A stretch of DNA of 64,000 nt from Clostridiales bacterium UBA7011 (GTDB lineage Bacteria; Bacillota; Clostridia; Oscillospirales; Butyricicoccaceae). The notes under the pieces were generated by a model, which was given only the letters and a program-made list of their open reading frames with translations, was not told the origin of the DNA and made no database searches. Location of the stretch: positions 13,374 to 77,373 of the forward strand of contig DJXF01000014.1 of assembly GCA_002449635.1 (NCBI GenBank). Reading direction: 5' to 3'. Each line of letters opens with the position of its first letter. Position 1 is the stretch's first letter. Shown piece after piece: positions 19,268 through 28,479 of the stretch. A program made the position numbers and the translations under genes.

Positions 19268-19639
19268 ATGATTCTGTTTGTCGATATCAACGATGTTTGC
19301 CGTGCGCCCGCCGCCGCACGGATTTACCGGAGTCTGCATCAAAAACCGGCGCACAGCGCAGGCGTATATGCGGACGAAGGCGCGGCGCTCGGTGCGGGAA
19401 TCTGTCCCGAGCTGCTTTCCGGCCACACGGCGCGTGTGCTGTCCGGCAGTGTGCTGGACAAGGCGGATGAAGTCTGGTGTGTCACGGGGGCGATTGCCCG
19501 CCATTTGGCGCAGGAGCATCCGCGGCAGGCGCACAAAATTCACGCGATGCGCGATGTGGATGATCCGTTCGGCGGAGGCAGGACCGCATACGAACACTGC
19601 ATCCGGCAGATTCGTGCGCAGGTGGAGGAAATGGAATGA
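19268..19639 (+). CDS. YwlE-like LMW phosphatase-fold protein with degenerate P-loop
   Basis: ILFVDINDVCRAP aligns with ILFVCTGNxCRSP; SAGVYA, AD, DVDDPFGG retained. Confidence 0.75.
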   Translation: MILFVDINDVCRAPAAARIYRSLHQKPAHSAGVYADEGAALGAGICPELLSGHTARVLSGSVLDKADEVWCVTGAIARHLAQEHPRQAHKIHAMRDVDDPFGGGRTAYEHCIRQIRAQVEEME

Positions 19640-20085
19640 GCATTCACATCGTTCCGTTTGCCGCAGAGCATATTCCTGCCGTCGCGGACATCGAGCGGGC
19701 GTGCTTTGCCGATCCGTGGACAGAGGACGGCCTGCGGGAGGAGCTGGACAACAGCTGCGCGCGGTTTCTGACCGCAGTCGGCCCGTCGGGCGCTGTCGCA
19801 GGGTATATCGGCTGTCATACGGTGCTGGACGAGGGCTATATCACCAATGTGGCCGTGTCACCTGCGTTTCGGCGCCGCGGGATCGGAAGGCAGCTCGTTC
19901 AGACGCTGCTTGCGCGGTCAGATGACCTTTCGTTTGTCACACTCGAGGTGCGCGCCTCCAATCAGCCTGCGATTGCGCTGTATACAGCCTGCGGCTTTCG
20001 TCCGGTGGGCACACGGCGGCGGTTTTATTCGCACCCGGCAGAGGATGCGCTGCTGATGACCTGGTTCCGCGAAAAAGACACATAA
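19636..20085 (+). CDS. rimI: RimI-family N-acetyltransferase
   Basis: ITNVAVSPAFRRRGIG, LEVRASN, RRRFY..PAEDALLM; adjacent to tsaD. Confidence 0.9.
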   Translation: MSIHIVPFAAEHIPAVADIERACFADPWTEDGLREELDNSCARFLTAVGPSGAVAGYIGCHTVLDEGYITNVAVSPAFRRRGIGRQLVQTLLARSDDLSFVTLEVRASNQPAIALYTACGFRPVGTRRRFYSHPAEDALLMTWFREKDT

Positions 20086-20168
20086 ACGCGGACGGAACTG
20101 CGTATACGCGCTTTTTGAGCACAAGAAATAAGGGATGCCAACGGGCGTTCATTTAAGAAGGATAGGGC

Positions 20169-21221
20169 ATGAAAATTTTAGCATTTGAGTCGTCGTGCGA
20201 TGAAACCGCGGCAGCGGTCATCGAGGACGGCAGAAGTATCTGTTCCAACATTATCAACTCGCAGGCGGAGGAGCACGCCTTATACGGCGGTGTCGTGCCG
20301 GAGATCGCAAGCCGCGGGCATGCAGAGGCGATCAGCGCAGTGGCACATGCGGCGGTGCGGGAGGCAGGCATGACGTTTGCCGAGGTCGATGCGATTGCCG
20401 CGACCTGTGCGCCCGGACTGATCGGCGCGCTGCTGGTCGGTGCGAATTACGCCAAATCACTTGCGTGGTCACTGGGCAAGCCGTTTATTCCGGTGCACCA
20501 TATCCGCGGACATATTGCCGCGAACCTGCTGGCGTTTCCGCAGCTGAGACCGCCGTTTCTGTGCCTGTCGGCGTCGGGCGGCTCGTCGATGATCGTGCTG
20601 GTACGCGACTACACGGATATGGAAATCCTCGGCGGAACGCGCGATGATGCCGCGGGCGAGGCGTTTGACAAGGTGGCGCGTGTGCTCGGCGTGGGCTATC
20701 CGGGCGGACCGAAGATTGACAGGCTGGCGCAGGGCGGAAATGACAAGGCGTATGATCTTCCGCGTTCGCATGTCGCGGGCGCGCCGCTGGATTTTTCGTT
20801 TTCCGGACTCAAAACGGCGGTCATCAACCTTGCGCACAATGCGGAGCAGAAGGGCGAAACCATAGATGTGCACGATCTCGCCGCTTCGTTTTCGGCGGCG
20901 GTCAGCGACACGCTTGTGCCGCGTCTGAAGCTGGCGGCGGAGCAGACAGGTGTGCGAACGCTGGTGGCGGCGGGCGGCGTTGCTGCCAATTCGCGGCTGC
21001 GCGCAGATCTGGAACGAATGGCGTCGGAGATGGGCGTTCCGATTTATATGCCGCCGCTCAGTTTGTGCGGAGACAACGCCGCTATGATCGGCGCACAGGC
21101 ATATTATGAATATCTTGCAGGAAACACCGGCACGATTTGGCAGAATGCCTTTGCCACGGCGGAAATCTCAGAAAAAATCTGTCAAAAGAACGGAATTGCA
21201 AAAAAACGCACAAAACGGTAG
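20169..21221 (+). CDS. tsaD: tRNA N6-threonylcarbamoyltransferase TsaD
   Basis: ESSCDETAAA, GGVVPEIASR, HHIRGH, DDAAGEAFDK, FSFSGLKT, DNAAMIG. Confidence 0.96.
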   Translation: MKILAFESSCDETAAAVIEDGRSICSNIINSQAEEHALYGGVVPEIASRGHAEAISAVAHAAVREAGMTFAEVDAIAATCAPGLIGALLVGANYAKSLAWSLGKPFIPVHHIRGHIAANLLAFPQLRPPFLCLSASGGSSMIVLVRDYTDMEILGGTRDDAAGEAFDKVARVLGVGYPGGPKIDRLAQGGNDKAYDLPRSHVAGAPLDFSFSGLKTAVINLAHNAEQKGETIDVHDLAASFSAAVSDTLVPRLKLAAEQTGVRTLVAAGGVAANSRLRADLERMASEMGVPIYMPPLSLCGDNAAMIGAQAYYEYLAGNTGTIWQNAFATAEISEKICQKNGIAKKRTKR

Positions 21222-21224
21222 AAT
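21196..21224 (+). promoter_or_regulatory. SigA-type promoter of aconitase operon, overlapping the end of tsaD
   Basis: TTGCAA-17-TAGAAT. Confidence 0.65.
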
Positions 21225-21391
21225 TATCATGTGAAATGATGTAATATAGAAATGGTTTATCAAAATCTGCGGACCTTCGGCAAATTCGGCCGCTTTCGTC
21301 CGATCGTTGTTTTTTCGGAGCGGACAGCAACCGGTTTGCAGGAAATGTTTCTGCGAAATTCACGGAAATAAGAAATAAAGGAGCTTTCAAT

Positions 21392-23314
21392 ATGGGAATG
21401 ACGATTGCAGAGAAAATTCTGAAGGCGCATCTGGTTGACGGCGAGATGGTCAAGGGACAGGAAATCGGCCTGCGCATTGACCAGACGCTGACGCAGGACG
21501 CGACGGGTACCATGGCATATCTCCAGTTTGAGGCGATGGGGGTCGATCAGGTCAAGACGGAGCGTTCTGTCGCATATATCGACCACAACACGCTGCAGTC
21601 CGGCTTTGAAAATGCGGACGATCATAAGTTCATCGGCACCTGCGCGAAAAAGCACGGCATTTATTTCTCCAAGCCGGGCAACGGCATCTGCCATCAGGTA
21701 CATCTGGAACGCTTCGGCAAGCCGGGCAAGACGCTGATCGGCTCGGATTCCCATACGCCGACGGGCGGCGGCATCGGCATGCTGGCATTCGGCGCAGGCG
21801 GTCTGGATGTCGCAGTTGCCATGGGCGGCGGCGCATACTACATTCCGATGCCGAAGATGGTGCGCGTGACGCTGACCGGCAGGCTGCAGCCGTGGGTTGC
21901 GGCAAAGGACATCATTCTCGAGGTACTGCGTCAGATGACCGTCAAGGGCGGCGTCGGCAAGATTGTCGAGTATGCCGGACCGGGCGTCGCCACACTGTCT
22001 GTTCCGGAGCGCGCAACCATCACCAACATGGGTGCAGAGCTGGGCGCGACGACATCGGTATTCCCGTCAGACGAGGTGACACGCGAATTCCTGCGCGCAC
22101 AGGGACGTGAAGAGGACTACACGCCGCTCGCTTCCGATCCGGATGCGGTTTACGACGAGGAGTATACCGTCGATCTGGACAGGCTGGCACCGCTGGCCGC
22201 CAAGCCGCACATGCCGGACAACGTCGAGTCGGTGGAATCTATCGGCAAAATCCGCATCAATCAGGTATGTATCGGCTCATGCACCAATTCGTCCTATCTG
22301 GATATGATGAAGGTCGCGGCAATTCTGAAGGGCAGAAAGGTTCATCCGGATGTCTCGCTGACCATTTCCCCGGGTTCCATGCAGGTGTTCAACATGCTTG
22401 CGAAGAACGGCGCGCTGTCGGACATCATTCAGGCGGGCGCACGCATTCTGGAATGTGCCTGCGGTCCGTGCATCGGCATGGGACAGTCGCCGGAGTCAGC
22501 GGGTGTTTCGCTGCGCACCTTTAACCGCAACTTTGAGGGCAGAAGCGGCACGCAGGACGCGAAAATCTACCTTGTTTCGCCGGAGACGGCGGCGGCTTCC
22601 GCCATTGCAGGCGTACTGACCGATCCGCGTGAGCTGGGCGAGCCGGTACACATTGACATGCCGGAGACCTTTGTCATTGACGACGGCATGATCATTTCGC
22701 CGGCGGAGAATCCGGAAGAGGTTGAAGTCATCAAGGGACCGAACATCAAGGAATTTCCGCTCGGCCATGAGCTGGAGGAAGCAATCTCCGCCAAAGTTAT
22801 GCTCAAGACGGAGGACAACATCACGACCGACCACATTCTGCCGGCCGGCTCCAAGCTGCTGCCCTATCGTTCCAATATTCCGTATTATTCGGATTACTGC
22901 TTCATCCACGTCGACCCGAAGTTCCCGGCACGCTGCAAGGAATACGGCGGCGGCGTGATTATCGGCGGGGCAAACTATGGTCAGGGCTCGTCGCGAGAGC
23001 ACGCAGCGCTTGTTCCGCTGTATCTGGGTATTCGTGCGGTCATTGCCAAGTCGTTTGCCCGTATCCACAAGGCCAACCTCGTCAATTCCGGCATCATTCC
23101 GCTGACGTTCAAGAATCCGGCGGATTACGATGATATCAGCCTGCTTGACGGCATTACGTTCCCGCATATCCGCGAGGAAATTGCAGCCGGAAGGGATGTT
23201 ACGGTTGTGGCCGGCGGCAAAACCTTCCTGACGGAGTGTGAGCTGTCTGACCGTCAGCGCGGCGCGATTCTCGAGGGCGGCACGCTGAATTACACCAGAA
23301 AGCACAACGCATAA
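21392..23314 (+). CDS. Aconitate hydratase (short clostridial type)
   Basis: QDATG, GICHQVH, DSHT, IGSCTN, CGPCIG, NRNF, TTDHI, GSSREHA; next to icd. Confidence 0.93.
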   Translation: MGMTIAEKILKAHLVDGEMVKGQEIGLRIDQTLTQDATGTMAYLQFEAMGVDQVKTERSVAYIDHNTLQSGFENADDHKFIGTCAKKHGIYFSKPGNGICHQVHLERFGKPGKTLIGSDSHTPTGGGIGMLAFGAGGLDVAVAMGGGAYYIPMPKMVRVTLTGRLQPWVAAKDIILEVLRQMTVKGGVGKIVEYAGPGVATLSVPERATITNMGAELGATTSVFPSDEVTREFLRAQGREEDYTPLASDPDAVYDEEYTVDLDRLAPLAAKPHMPDNVESVESIGKIRINQVCIGSCTNSSYLDMMKVAAILKGRKVHPDVSLTISPGSMQVFNMLAKNGALSDIIQAGARILECACGPCIGMGQSPESAGVSLRTFNRNFEGRSGTQDAKIYLVSPETAAASAIAGVLTDPRELGEPVHIDMPETFVIDDGMIISPAENPEEVEVIKGPNIKEFPLGHELEEAISAKVMLKTEDNITTDHILPAGSKLLPYRSNIPYYSDYCFIHVDPKFPARCKEYGGGVIIGGANYGQGSSREHAALVPLYLGIRAVIAKSFARIHKANLVNSGIIPLTFKNPADYDDISLLDGITFPHIREEIAAGRDVTVVAGGKTFLTECELSDRQRGAILEGGTLNYTRKHNA

Positions 23315-23352
23315 CCGGCACAGCGAGAGAAAACAGGAGGCAGATTTCCACC

Positions 23353-24561
23353 ATGGATAAAATTAAAATGACAACGCCGCTCGTCGAGATGGACGGCGAC
23401 GAAATGACCCGTGTCCTTTGGCAGATGATTAAGGACGAACTGCTTTGCCCGTTTGTCGACCTGAAGACGGAGTATTATGACCTCGGTCTGGAAAACCGCA
23501 ACAAGACGAACGATCAGGTCACCGTCGATTCGGCAGAGGCAACCAAGAAGTACGGCGTCGCGGTCAAGTGCGCCACCATCACGCCGAACGCGGCGCGCAT
23601 GGACGAGTATCACCTCAAGGAGATGTGGAAGAGCCCGAACGGCACAATTCGTGCGATTCTTGACGGCACGGTGTTCCGCGCACCGATTCTGGTCAAGGGC
23701 ATCGAGCCGTATGTACGCAACTGGGTCAAGCCGATCACCATTGCCCGCCATGCCTATGGCGATGTCTACAAGGGTGTGGAGATGAAGATTCCCGGCGCAG
23801 GCAAGGTCGAACTGGTGTACACGGCAGCCGACGGGACGGAGACCCGCGAGCTGGTGCACAATTTTGACGGCTCGGGCATTGTGCAGGGCATGCACAACCT
23901 GACGTCCTCGATTGAGAGCTTCGCACGCAGCTGCTTCAGCTTTGCGGTCGACACAAAGCAGGACCTGTGGTTTGCCACAAAGGATACGATTTCCAAAAAA
24001 TATGACCATACCTTCAAGGATATTTTCCAGGACATCTATGACACGGAATACAAGGCGAAGTTTGAGGAACTCGGTCTGGAGTACTTCTACACGCTGATTG
24101 ACGATGCGGTTGCCCGCGTCATTCGCTCCAAGGGCGGCTACATCTGGGCGTGCAAAAACTACGACGGCGATGTCATGAGCGATATGCTCGCGACGGCATA
24201 CGGTTCGCTGTCGATGATGACATCTGTTCTCGTCTCCCCGAAGGGCGTTTACGAGTATGAGGCGGCACATGGCACCGTTCAGCGCCATTATTACAAGCAT
24301 CTGAAGGGCGAAGAGACCTCGACCAATTCGATTGCAACCATTTTTGCATGGACAGGCGCACTGCGCAAGCGCGGCGAGCTGGACGGCCTGCCGGAGCTGT
24401 CTGCATTTGCGGACAAGCTGGAACAGGCATGCATCGCTACCGTTGAGTCGGGCAAAATGACGAAGGATCTTGCCCTGATTACAACACTGGAACATGCGAC
24501 GCCGCTCAATACGCAGGACTTCATCCGCGCAGTCCGCGAGACGCTGGAAGCTTCTCTGTAA
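23353..24561 (+). CDS. icd: NADP-dependent isocitrate dehydrogenase
   Basis: [44 protein letters not shown]. Confidence 0.96.
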   Translation: MDKIKMTTPLVEMDGDEMTRVLWQMIKDELLCPFVDLKTEYYDLGLENRNKTNDQVTVDSAEATKKYGVAVKCATITPNAARMDEYHLKEMWKSPNGTIRAILDGTVFRAPILVKGIEPYVRNWVKPITIARHAYGDVYKGVEMKIPGAGKVELVYTAADGTETRELVHNFDGSGIVQGMHNLTSSIESFARSCFSFAVDTKQDLWFATKDTISKKYDHTFKDIFQDIYDTEYKAKFEELGLEYFYTLIDDAVARVIRSKGGYIWACKNYDGDVMSDMLATAYGSLSMMTSVLVSPKGVYEYEAAHGTVQRHYYKHLKGEETSTNSIATIFAWTGALRKRGELDGLPELSAFADKLEQACIATVESGKMTKDLALITTLEHATPLNTQDFIRAVRETLEASL

Positions 24562-24585
24562 GATGCAGCAACGGGAGGAACAGTT

Positions 24586-25239
24586 GTGGAAAACGAAAAG
24601 CACGTATCCAAGGCGGTAATCAGCCGGCTGCCCCGTTATTACCGCACTCTGCGGCAGCTGGCTGTCGAGGGCGTCGGGCGCATCTCGTCAAAGGACCTGG
24701 CGGCGCAGATGGATTTGACTGCTTCGCAGATTCGGCAGGATCTCAGCTGTTTTGGCGGCTTCGGTCAGCAGGGCTACGGGTACAGCGTGGATAAGCTGAT
24801 TGTCGAGCTGGAGCGCATTCTGGGTGTTGCGGCGAGCCAGCGGGCGATTCTGCTGGGTGTCGGAAATCTGGGACGCGCGCTGCTGCGCAATTTTGATTTT
24901 TCCTTCTGCGGGGTACGTCCGGTTGCGGCGTTCGACACCGATGAAACTGTAATCGGCTGCGATTTTCGCGGCATACCGGTGCACGCACTGCGTGAGCTGG
25001 AACGGCTGTGCGAGCTGGAGCGTCCGGATATCGCAGTGCTCTGCGTTCCGTCCGATGCAACCCGGCCGATTGCCGAGCGTCTGGTTCGCGCGGGCATTCG
25101 CGGCATCTGGAATTTCTCCAATGAATCACTGCGCGAGGATCTCATCGGCGTTCCCGTGGAGAATGTCCATTTCTCCGACTCGCTGATGAAGCTCTGCTAT
25201 CGCATAAAGGATACCGATCCGTTTGAGTTCGGAGAATAA
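24586..25239 (+). CDS. rex: Redox-sensing repressor Rex
   Basis: RLPRYYR, ISSKDL, QIRQDLSCFGGFGQQGYGY, GVGNLG, GIWNF; GTG start. Confidence 0.94.
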   Translation: MENEKHVSKAVISRLPRYYRTLRQLAVEGVGRISSKDLAAQMDLTASQIRQDLSCFGGFGQQGYGYSVDKLIVELERILGVAASQRAILLGVGNLGRALLRNFDFSFCGVRPVAAFDTDETVIGCDFRGIPVHALRELERLCELERPDIAVLCVPSDATRPIAERLVRAGIRGIWNFSNESLREDLIGVPVENVHFSDSLMKLCYRIKDTDPFEFGE

Positions 25240-25253
25240 ACAAATTGTCAGAT

Positions 25254-25296
25254 AAAACGGTTCACAGATTTTTTCTGTGAGCCGTTCTTTTTTTTT
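25254..25296 (+). terminator. Intrinsic terminator after rex
   Basis: ACGGTTCACAGA/TCTGTGAGCCGT stem plus T9. Confidence 0.85.
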
Positions 25297-25368
25297 CGCA
25301 GGCATTGCACCACCTGCCGGTCCGCGCAATAGTATGGGGATGAAATTACGAAACAGGAGGAATTTGTT

Positions 25369-25533
25369 ATGTGCAACAATTCTTGTGGATGCGGCAACAA
25401 CGGCTTTGAGTGGTGGATCATCATCCTGATCCTGATCTTCTGCTGCAGCGGTTCGTTCGGCGGCTGCGGCAACTGCGGCAACAGCTGGGGCAATGGCTGC
25501 GGCAACAACGGCTGCGGTTGCGACTGCTGCTGA
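25369..25533 (+). CDS. 54-aa Cys/Gly/Asn-rich membrane miniprotein (probably spore-associated); not in ORF track
   Basis: AGGAGG RBS 8 nt before ATG; MCNNSCGCGNNGFEWWIIILILIFCCSGSFGGCGNCGNSWGNGCGNNGCGCDCC; strong NNC codon bias. Confidence 0.85.
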   Translation: MCNNSCGCGNNGFEWWIIILILIFCCSGSFGGCGNCGNSWGNGCGNNGCGCDCC

Positions 25534-25626
25534 TCTGTTTTTCCGGCGGGTGCGGCGCTGCGGCGTTGCATCCCGCCGAGCGATGTGCTAAAATAGAGAA
25601 AATGAAAGAAACAGGAGCGATCTACC

Positions 25627-25941
25627 ATGGCAAAAACGCCGTTGAGAGAGGAAAAACCCTACCGCAAGTGGCATCGTATCGCGTATTATGTCCTGATCTT
25701 GGGCTGTGCGCTCATTTCGATTTCTGTGATTGTCAGCATTGCGACAGGGGATAGAAACAATATTGTTGCAAATCGTCTGGGCTATGCCGCCATCGTCTGT
25801 GTCATCTTGTTTTATGGCATCAACATGGTCAAATGGCGCTGCCCGAATTGCCATAAACCGCTGCCGCTGTTCGGCCCGGTGCTCAACTGCCGGTACTGCA
25901 AGCGGTCGTTTATGGACAGCAAGGGAAATCAGGTCTGGTGA
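25627..25941 (+). CDS. Two-TM membrane protein with C-terminal zinc ribbon
   Basis: AGGAG RBS; two hydrophobic helices; CPNC..CRYC. Confidence 0.75.
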   Translation: MAKTPLREEKPYRKWHRIAYYVLILGCALISISVIVSIATGDRNNIVANRLGYAAIVCVILFYGINMVKWRCPNCHKPLPLFGPVLNCRYCKRSFMDSKGNQVW

Positions 25942-25959
25942 GAGACAAATTGGGGGAAG

Positions 25960-25994
25960 ATGCGGTACAGTGTACAAAAGCTGTACCGCATTTT
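25960..25994 (+). terminator. Intrinsic terminator
   Basis: ATGCGGTACAG/CTGTACCGCAT plus T run. Confidence 0.7.
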
Positions 25995-26082
25995 GTCAAA
26001 GATTCCACTTTTTCTTGACATTTTGTCGATCTGTGTGGCAAAATAGAAGCACCGTGTAGCACAAATATTATTTGGTTATCGC

Positions 26083-26130
26083 AAAGCGTGTAATGTCCGA
26101 AGCAGGATATTATGCGCTTTTTTCTTTTTT
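26083..26130 (+). terminator. Terminator within the leader of the DUF2798-like gene (candidate attenuator)
   Basis: 16-bp stem AAAGCGTGTAATGTCC/GGATATTATGCGCTTT with three G-U pairs valid only on + strand, then T tract; downstream of TTGACA-18-CAAAAT (26015-26044). Confidence 0.6.
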
Positions 26131-26185
26131 GGTGCAAGGCGGAATTTGATGAGAATTGCGCGTCAGACGCGCGGGAGGTAACACA

Positions 26186-26695
26186 ATGCCAAAGACAAAA
26201 GCACAGGGAATCATTTTCGGAATCATCATGTCGTATGCGATGGCGTACGGCATGGAGGTGTACAACATCGCCATCAAGCTGGGTGTCAATCTTGCGGCGA
26301 GCGGTTTCAGCAACATGACCAATGCTGTCTTTTGGGAAGCGTTTCAGGAAGCATTGTACATGAGCGTGTTTGTTTTCATCTTTTCCAATCTGTGGGGCAA
26401 CCGCATGGGTGCTCGTTTTATGCAGCGGCACTGTGACCCGTCGCGCGACAATCCGTATTTCTGCCGGCTGATGCGGCAGGCGGGCACCGTGGCGGTCATG
26501 TGTCCCACCATGAGCCTGGTGGCATCCATCCTGTTCAACCTGATTTTTGCAGGCGCGCCGGTCAGCGAACTGCCTGCGATCTGGGTCGGAACCGTGCTGA
26601 AAAACTTCCCCATGGCCTTTTTCTGGAACATGTTTGCCGCAGCGCCGTTTACACGCTGGCTGTTCGGGCGGCTGTTCCCGCAGACAAACGGATAA
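26186..26695 (+). CDS. DUF2798-like membrane protein
   Basis: GGAGG RBS; MPKTK..IMSYAMAYGMEVYN, MCPTMSL, NFPMAFFW..AAPFTRWLF; four hydrophobic segments. Confidence 0.75.
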   Translation: MPKTKAQGIIFGIIMSYAMAYGMEVYNIAIKLGVNLAASGFSNMTNAVFWEAFQEALYMSVFVFIFSNLWGNRMGARFMQRHCDPSRDNPYFCRLMRQAGTVAVMCPTMSLVASILFNLIFAGAPVSELPAIWVGTVLKNFPMAFFWNMFAAAPFTRWLFGRLFPQTNG

Positions 26696-26731
26696 TTTGT
26701 CTCACAGGTGACTGCTGTTGTGCCGCGGCGG

Positions 26732-27499
26732 TCACTTTTTTTCTACGGCATTCAGCAGTCCCATGCGCAGCGCGTCGGGATACACGGCGAGCAGCCGATC
26801 GATGCCGCATTCCCGCAAGATGCGGACCTTGGCGCGCAGCGTGTCGCCATCGTCAAACAGAACGAAATGCGCCTGCCCGCCGTCCGAATAGGTAAAGTAT
26901 TTGGCGCACAGCTCACGCGAAAAAAAGACAGCGGAGCCGGTGCGGTCAAGCAGCGACTGAAATTCCTCGTCGGAGAGCGGCCTTCCGTCCGGCGCAGAGC
27001 AGGGCAGCAGAAAATCCGCGCAGGAGCAGATGAGCTGGGCGGCAATGCGTTCCTGTCCGAACCGGTCAATTAAATCGGAGAAGCGTGCTTCCAAACTGCC
27101 GCCGGAAATGGCGGTGTCGGCGATAATGTGGGCGTGCGGGGCATATTCGGCGAGCGGAAGGGGAATGAACAGATCGAGTCCGCTGCGGTGTGCTGTCCCG
27201 TCGAGTGCAGAGACCAGCTCCTGTAAAAGCGGACGCTCAAAATCTGCCATCAGTCCCGCGCAGCCGCGCGCCTGTGCGGCGGACACGGCTGCTGCCGCAA
27301 ACGAATCACAGCCGCGCGGAACGCCCCCGCCGTCTGCAATGCCTAAATAATCTCCGCGCGCACTGGCGGGATGTGACAGCTGAACAAACCGTCCTTCGGC
27401 TGACAGGCGGGTACACAGGTGCAGACAGGTCAGTCCGGCCTCGCGCGTGCGCTTCGCGTCAGGTCCGGCGGCGGCGATCATCCAGTTTGAATGCTCCAT
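26732..27499 (-). CDS. Hypothetical protein with divergent GH18 (YaaH/YdhD-like) features
   Basis: GGAGG RBS; GLMADFE; C-terminal AKYFTYSD..HFVLFDDGDTLRAKVRILRECGI. Confidence 0.55.
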   Translation of the reverse strand: MEHSNWMIAAAGPDAKRTREAGLTCLHLCTRLSAEGRFVQLSHPASARGDYLGIADGGGVPRGCDSFAAAAVSAAQARGCAGLMADFERPLLQELVSALDGTAHRSGLDLFIPLPLAEYAPHAHIIADTAISGGSLEARFSDLIDRFGQERIAAQLICSCADFLLPCSAPDGRPLSDEEFQSLLDRTGSAVFFSRELCAKYFTYSDGGQAHFVLFDDGDTLRAKVRILRECGIDRLLAVYPDALRMGLLNAVEKK

Positions 27500-27595
27500 A
27501 TTTGTTTTCCTCCGATCACATTGCAATTCTATGAAAAATCCAGTACACTAAGAAAGGCTGCGGCAGGCAGCAGATACGACGAAAGAAGGCATGAG

Positions 27596-28450
27596 ATGGA
27601 ACCATTATTCGGACCTGCGGGAAATGCAGAGTCTTTTGCGAAAGCGGGCTTTCGCGCGACGGCAGATGCGCCGGCGTGGCTTGCCGGCATGGGGCTGACC
27701 GCCTATGAATATCAGTGCGGACGCGGCGTGCGCATTGGCACGGAGACAGCGGAGAAAATCGGACAGGCAGCGCGCCAAAACGGCATAACCCTTTCGCTGC
27801 ATGCACCGTATTTTATCAATCTCTCGACAGATGACGAGGTGCAGAAGGAAAAGAATCAGCGTTATGTGCTCGAAAGCTGCCGGGCCGCGCGCGATATGGG
27901 GGCAGACCGCATTGTCGTGCACACCGGCGGCGTTGGGAAACGCAGCCGTGCCGCCGCGATGGAAAACAGCCGCATCAACGTGCGCGCCCTGCTCGACAGC
28001 CGGGATGCCGCAGGCTATGACGATGTCACCATTTGTCTGGAGACCATGGGGAAAATCAACGTCATCGGAACGGCAGAAGAGATTATGGAGCTTGTGGCAT
28101 TGGACGACCGCCTGCTGCCCTGTATTGATTTCGGACATCTCAACGCGCGCACGCACGGCGGAATGTGCACACGCGAGCAGGTATCAGCGCTGTATGACCT
28201 GATGGAACATACCATCGGAGTGGAACGCACGCGCGTGTTTCACAGCCATTTTTCCAAGATTGCGTATGCAAAAGGCGGAGAAATCCGGCACCTGACATTC
28301 GCAGATACGGTTTATGGCCCGGATTTTGATGCTGTGGCGGCAGAAACGGCCGCGCGGGGATACACACCGCGTTTTATCTGTGAATCGGCAGGCACACAGG
28401 CGGAGGATGCCGCTGCGATGATGCGCTGTTATCAGGAGTATATGAGATGA
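27596..28450 (+). CDS. Endonuclease IV-like (AP endonuclease family 2) TIM barrel
   Basis: FGPAG, SLHAPYFINL, VVH, LETMGK, IDFGH, HSHFS, EIRH, ICES metal ligands. Confidence 0.85.
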   Translation: MEPLFGPAGNAESFAKAGFRATADAPAWLAGMGLTAYEYQCGRGVRIGTETAEKIGQAARQNGITLSLHAPYFINLSTDDEVQKEKNQRYVLESCRAARDMGADRIVVHTGGVGKRSRAAAMENSRINVRALLDSRDAAGYDDVTICLETMGKINVIGTAEEIMELVALDDRLLPCIDFGHLNARTHGGMCTREQVSALYDLMEHTIGVERTRVFHSHFSKIAYAKGGEIRHLTFADTVYGPDFDAVAAETAARGYTPRFICESAGTQAEDAAAMMRCYQEYMR

Positions 28451-28479
28451 ACTGCGAAAATAGACAAGAGGGATGCACG

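Noticed and set aside
21229-21247. Rex operator downstream of the aconitase promoter
   Set aside because: The left half ATGTGAA fits, but the right half does not match at the required 4-nt spacing
25369-25533. RiPP (ranthipeptide/lanthipeptide) precursor
   Set aside because: No radical-SAM, lanthionine synthetase or exporter nearby; the central TM core is unlike a leader-core precursor
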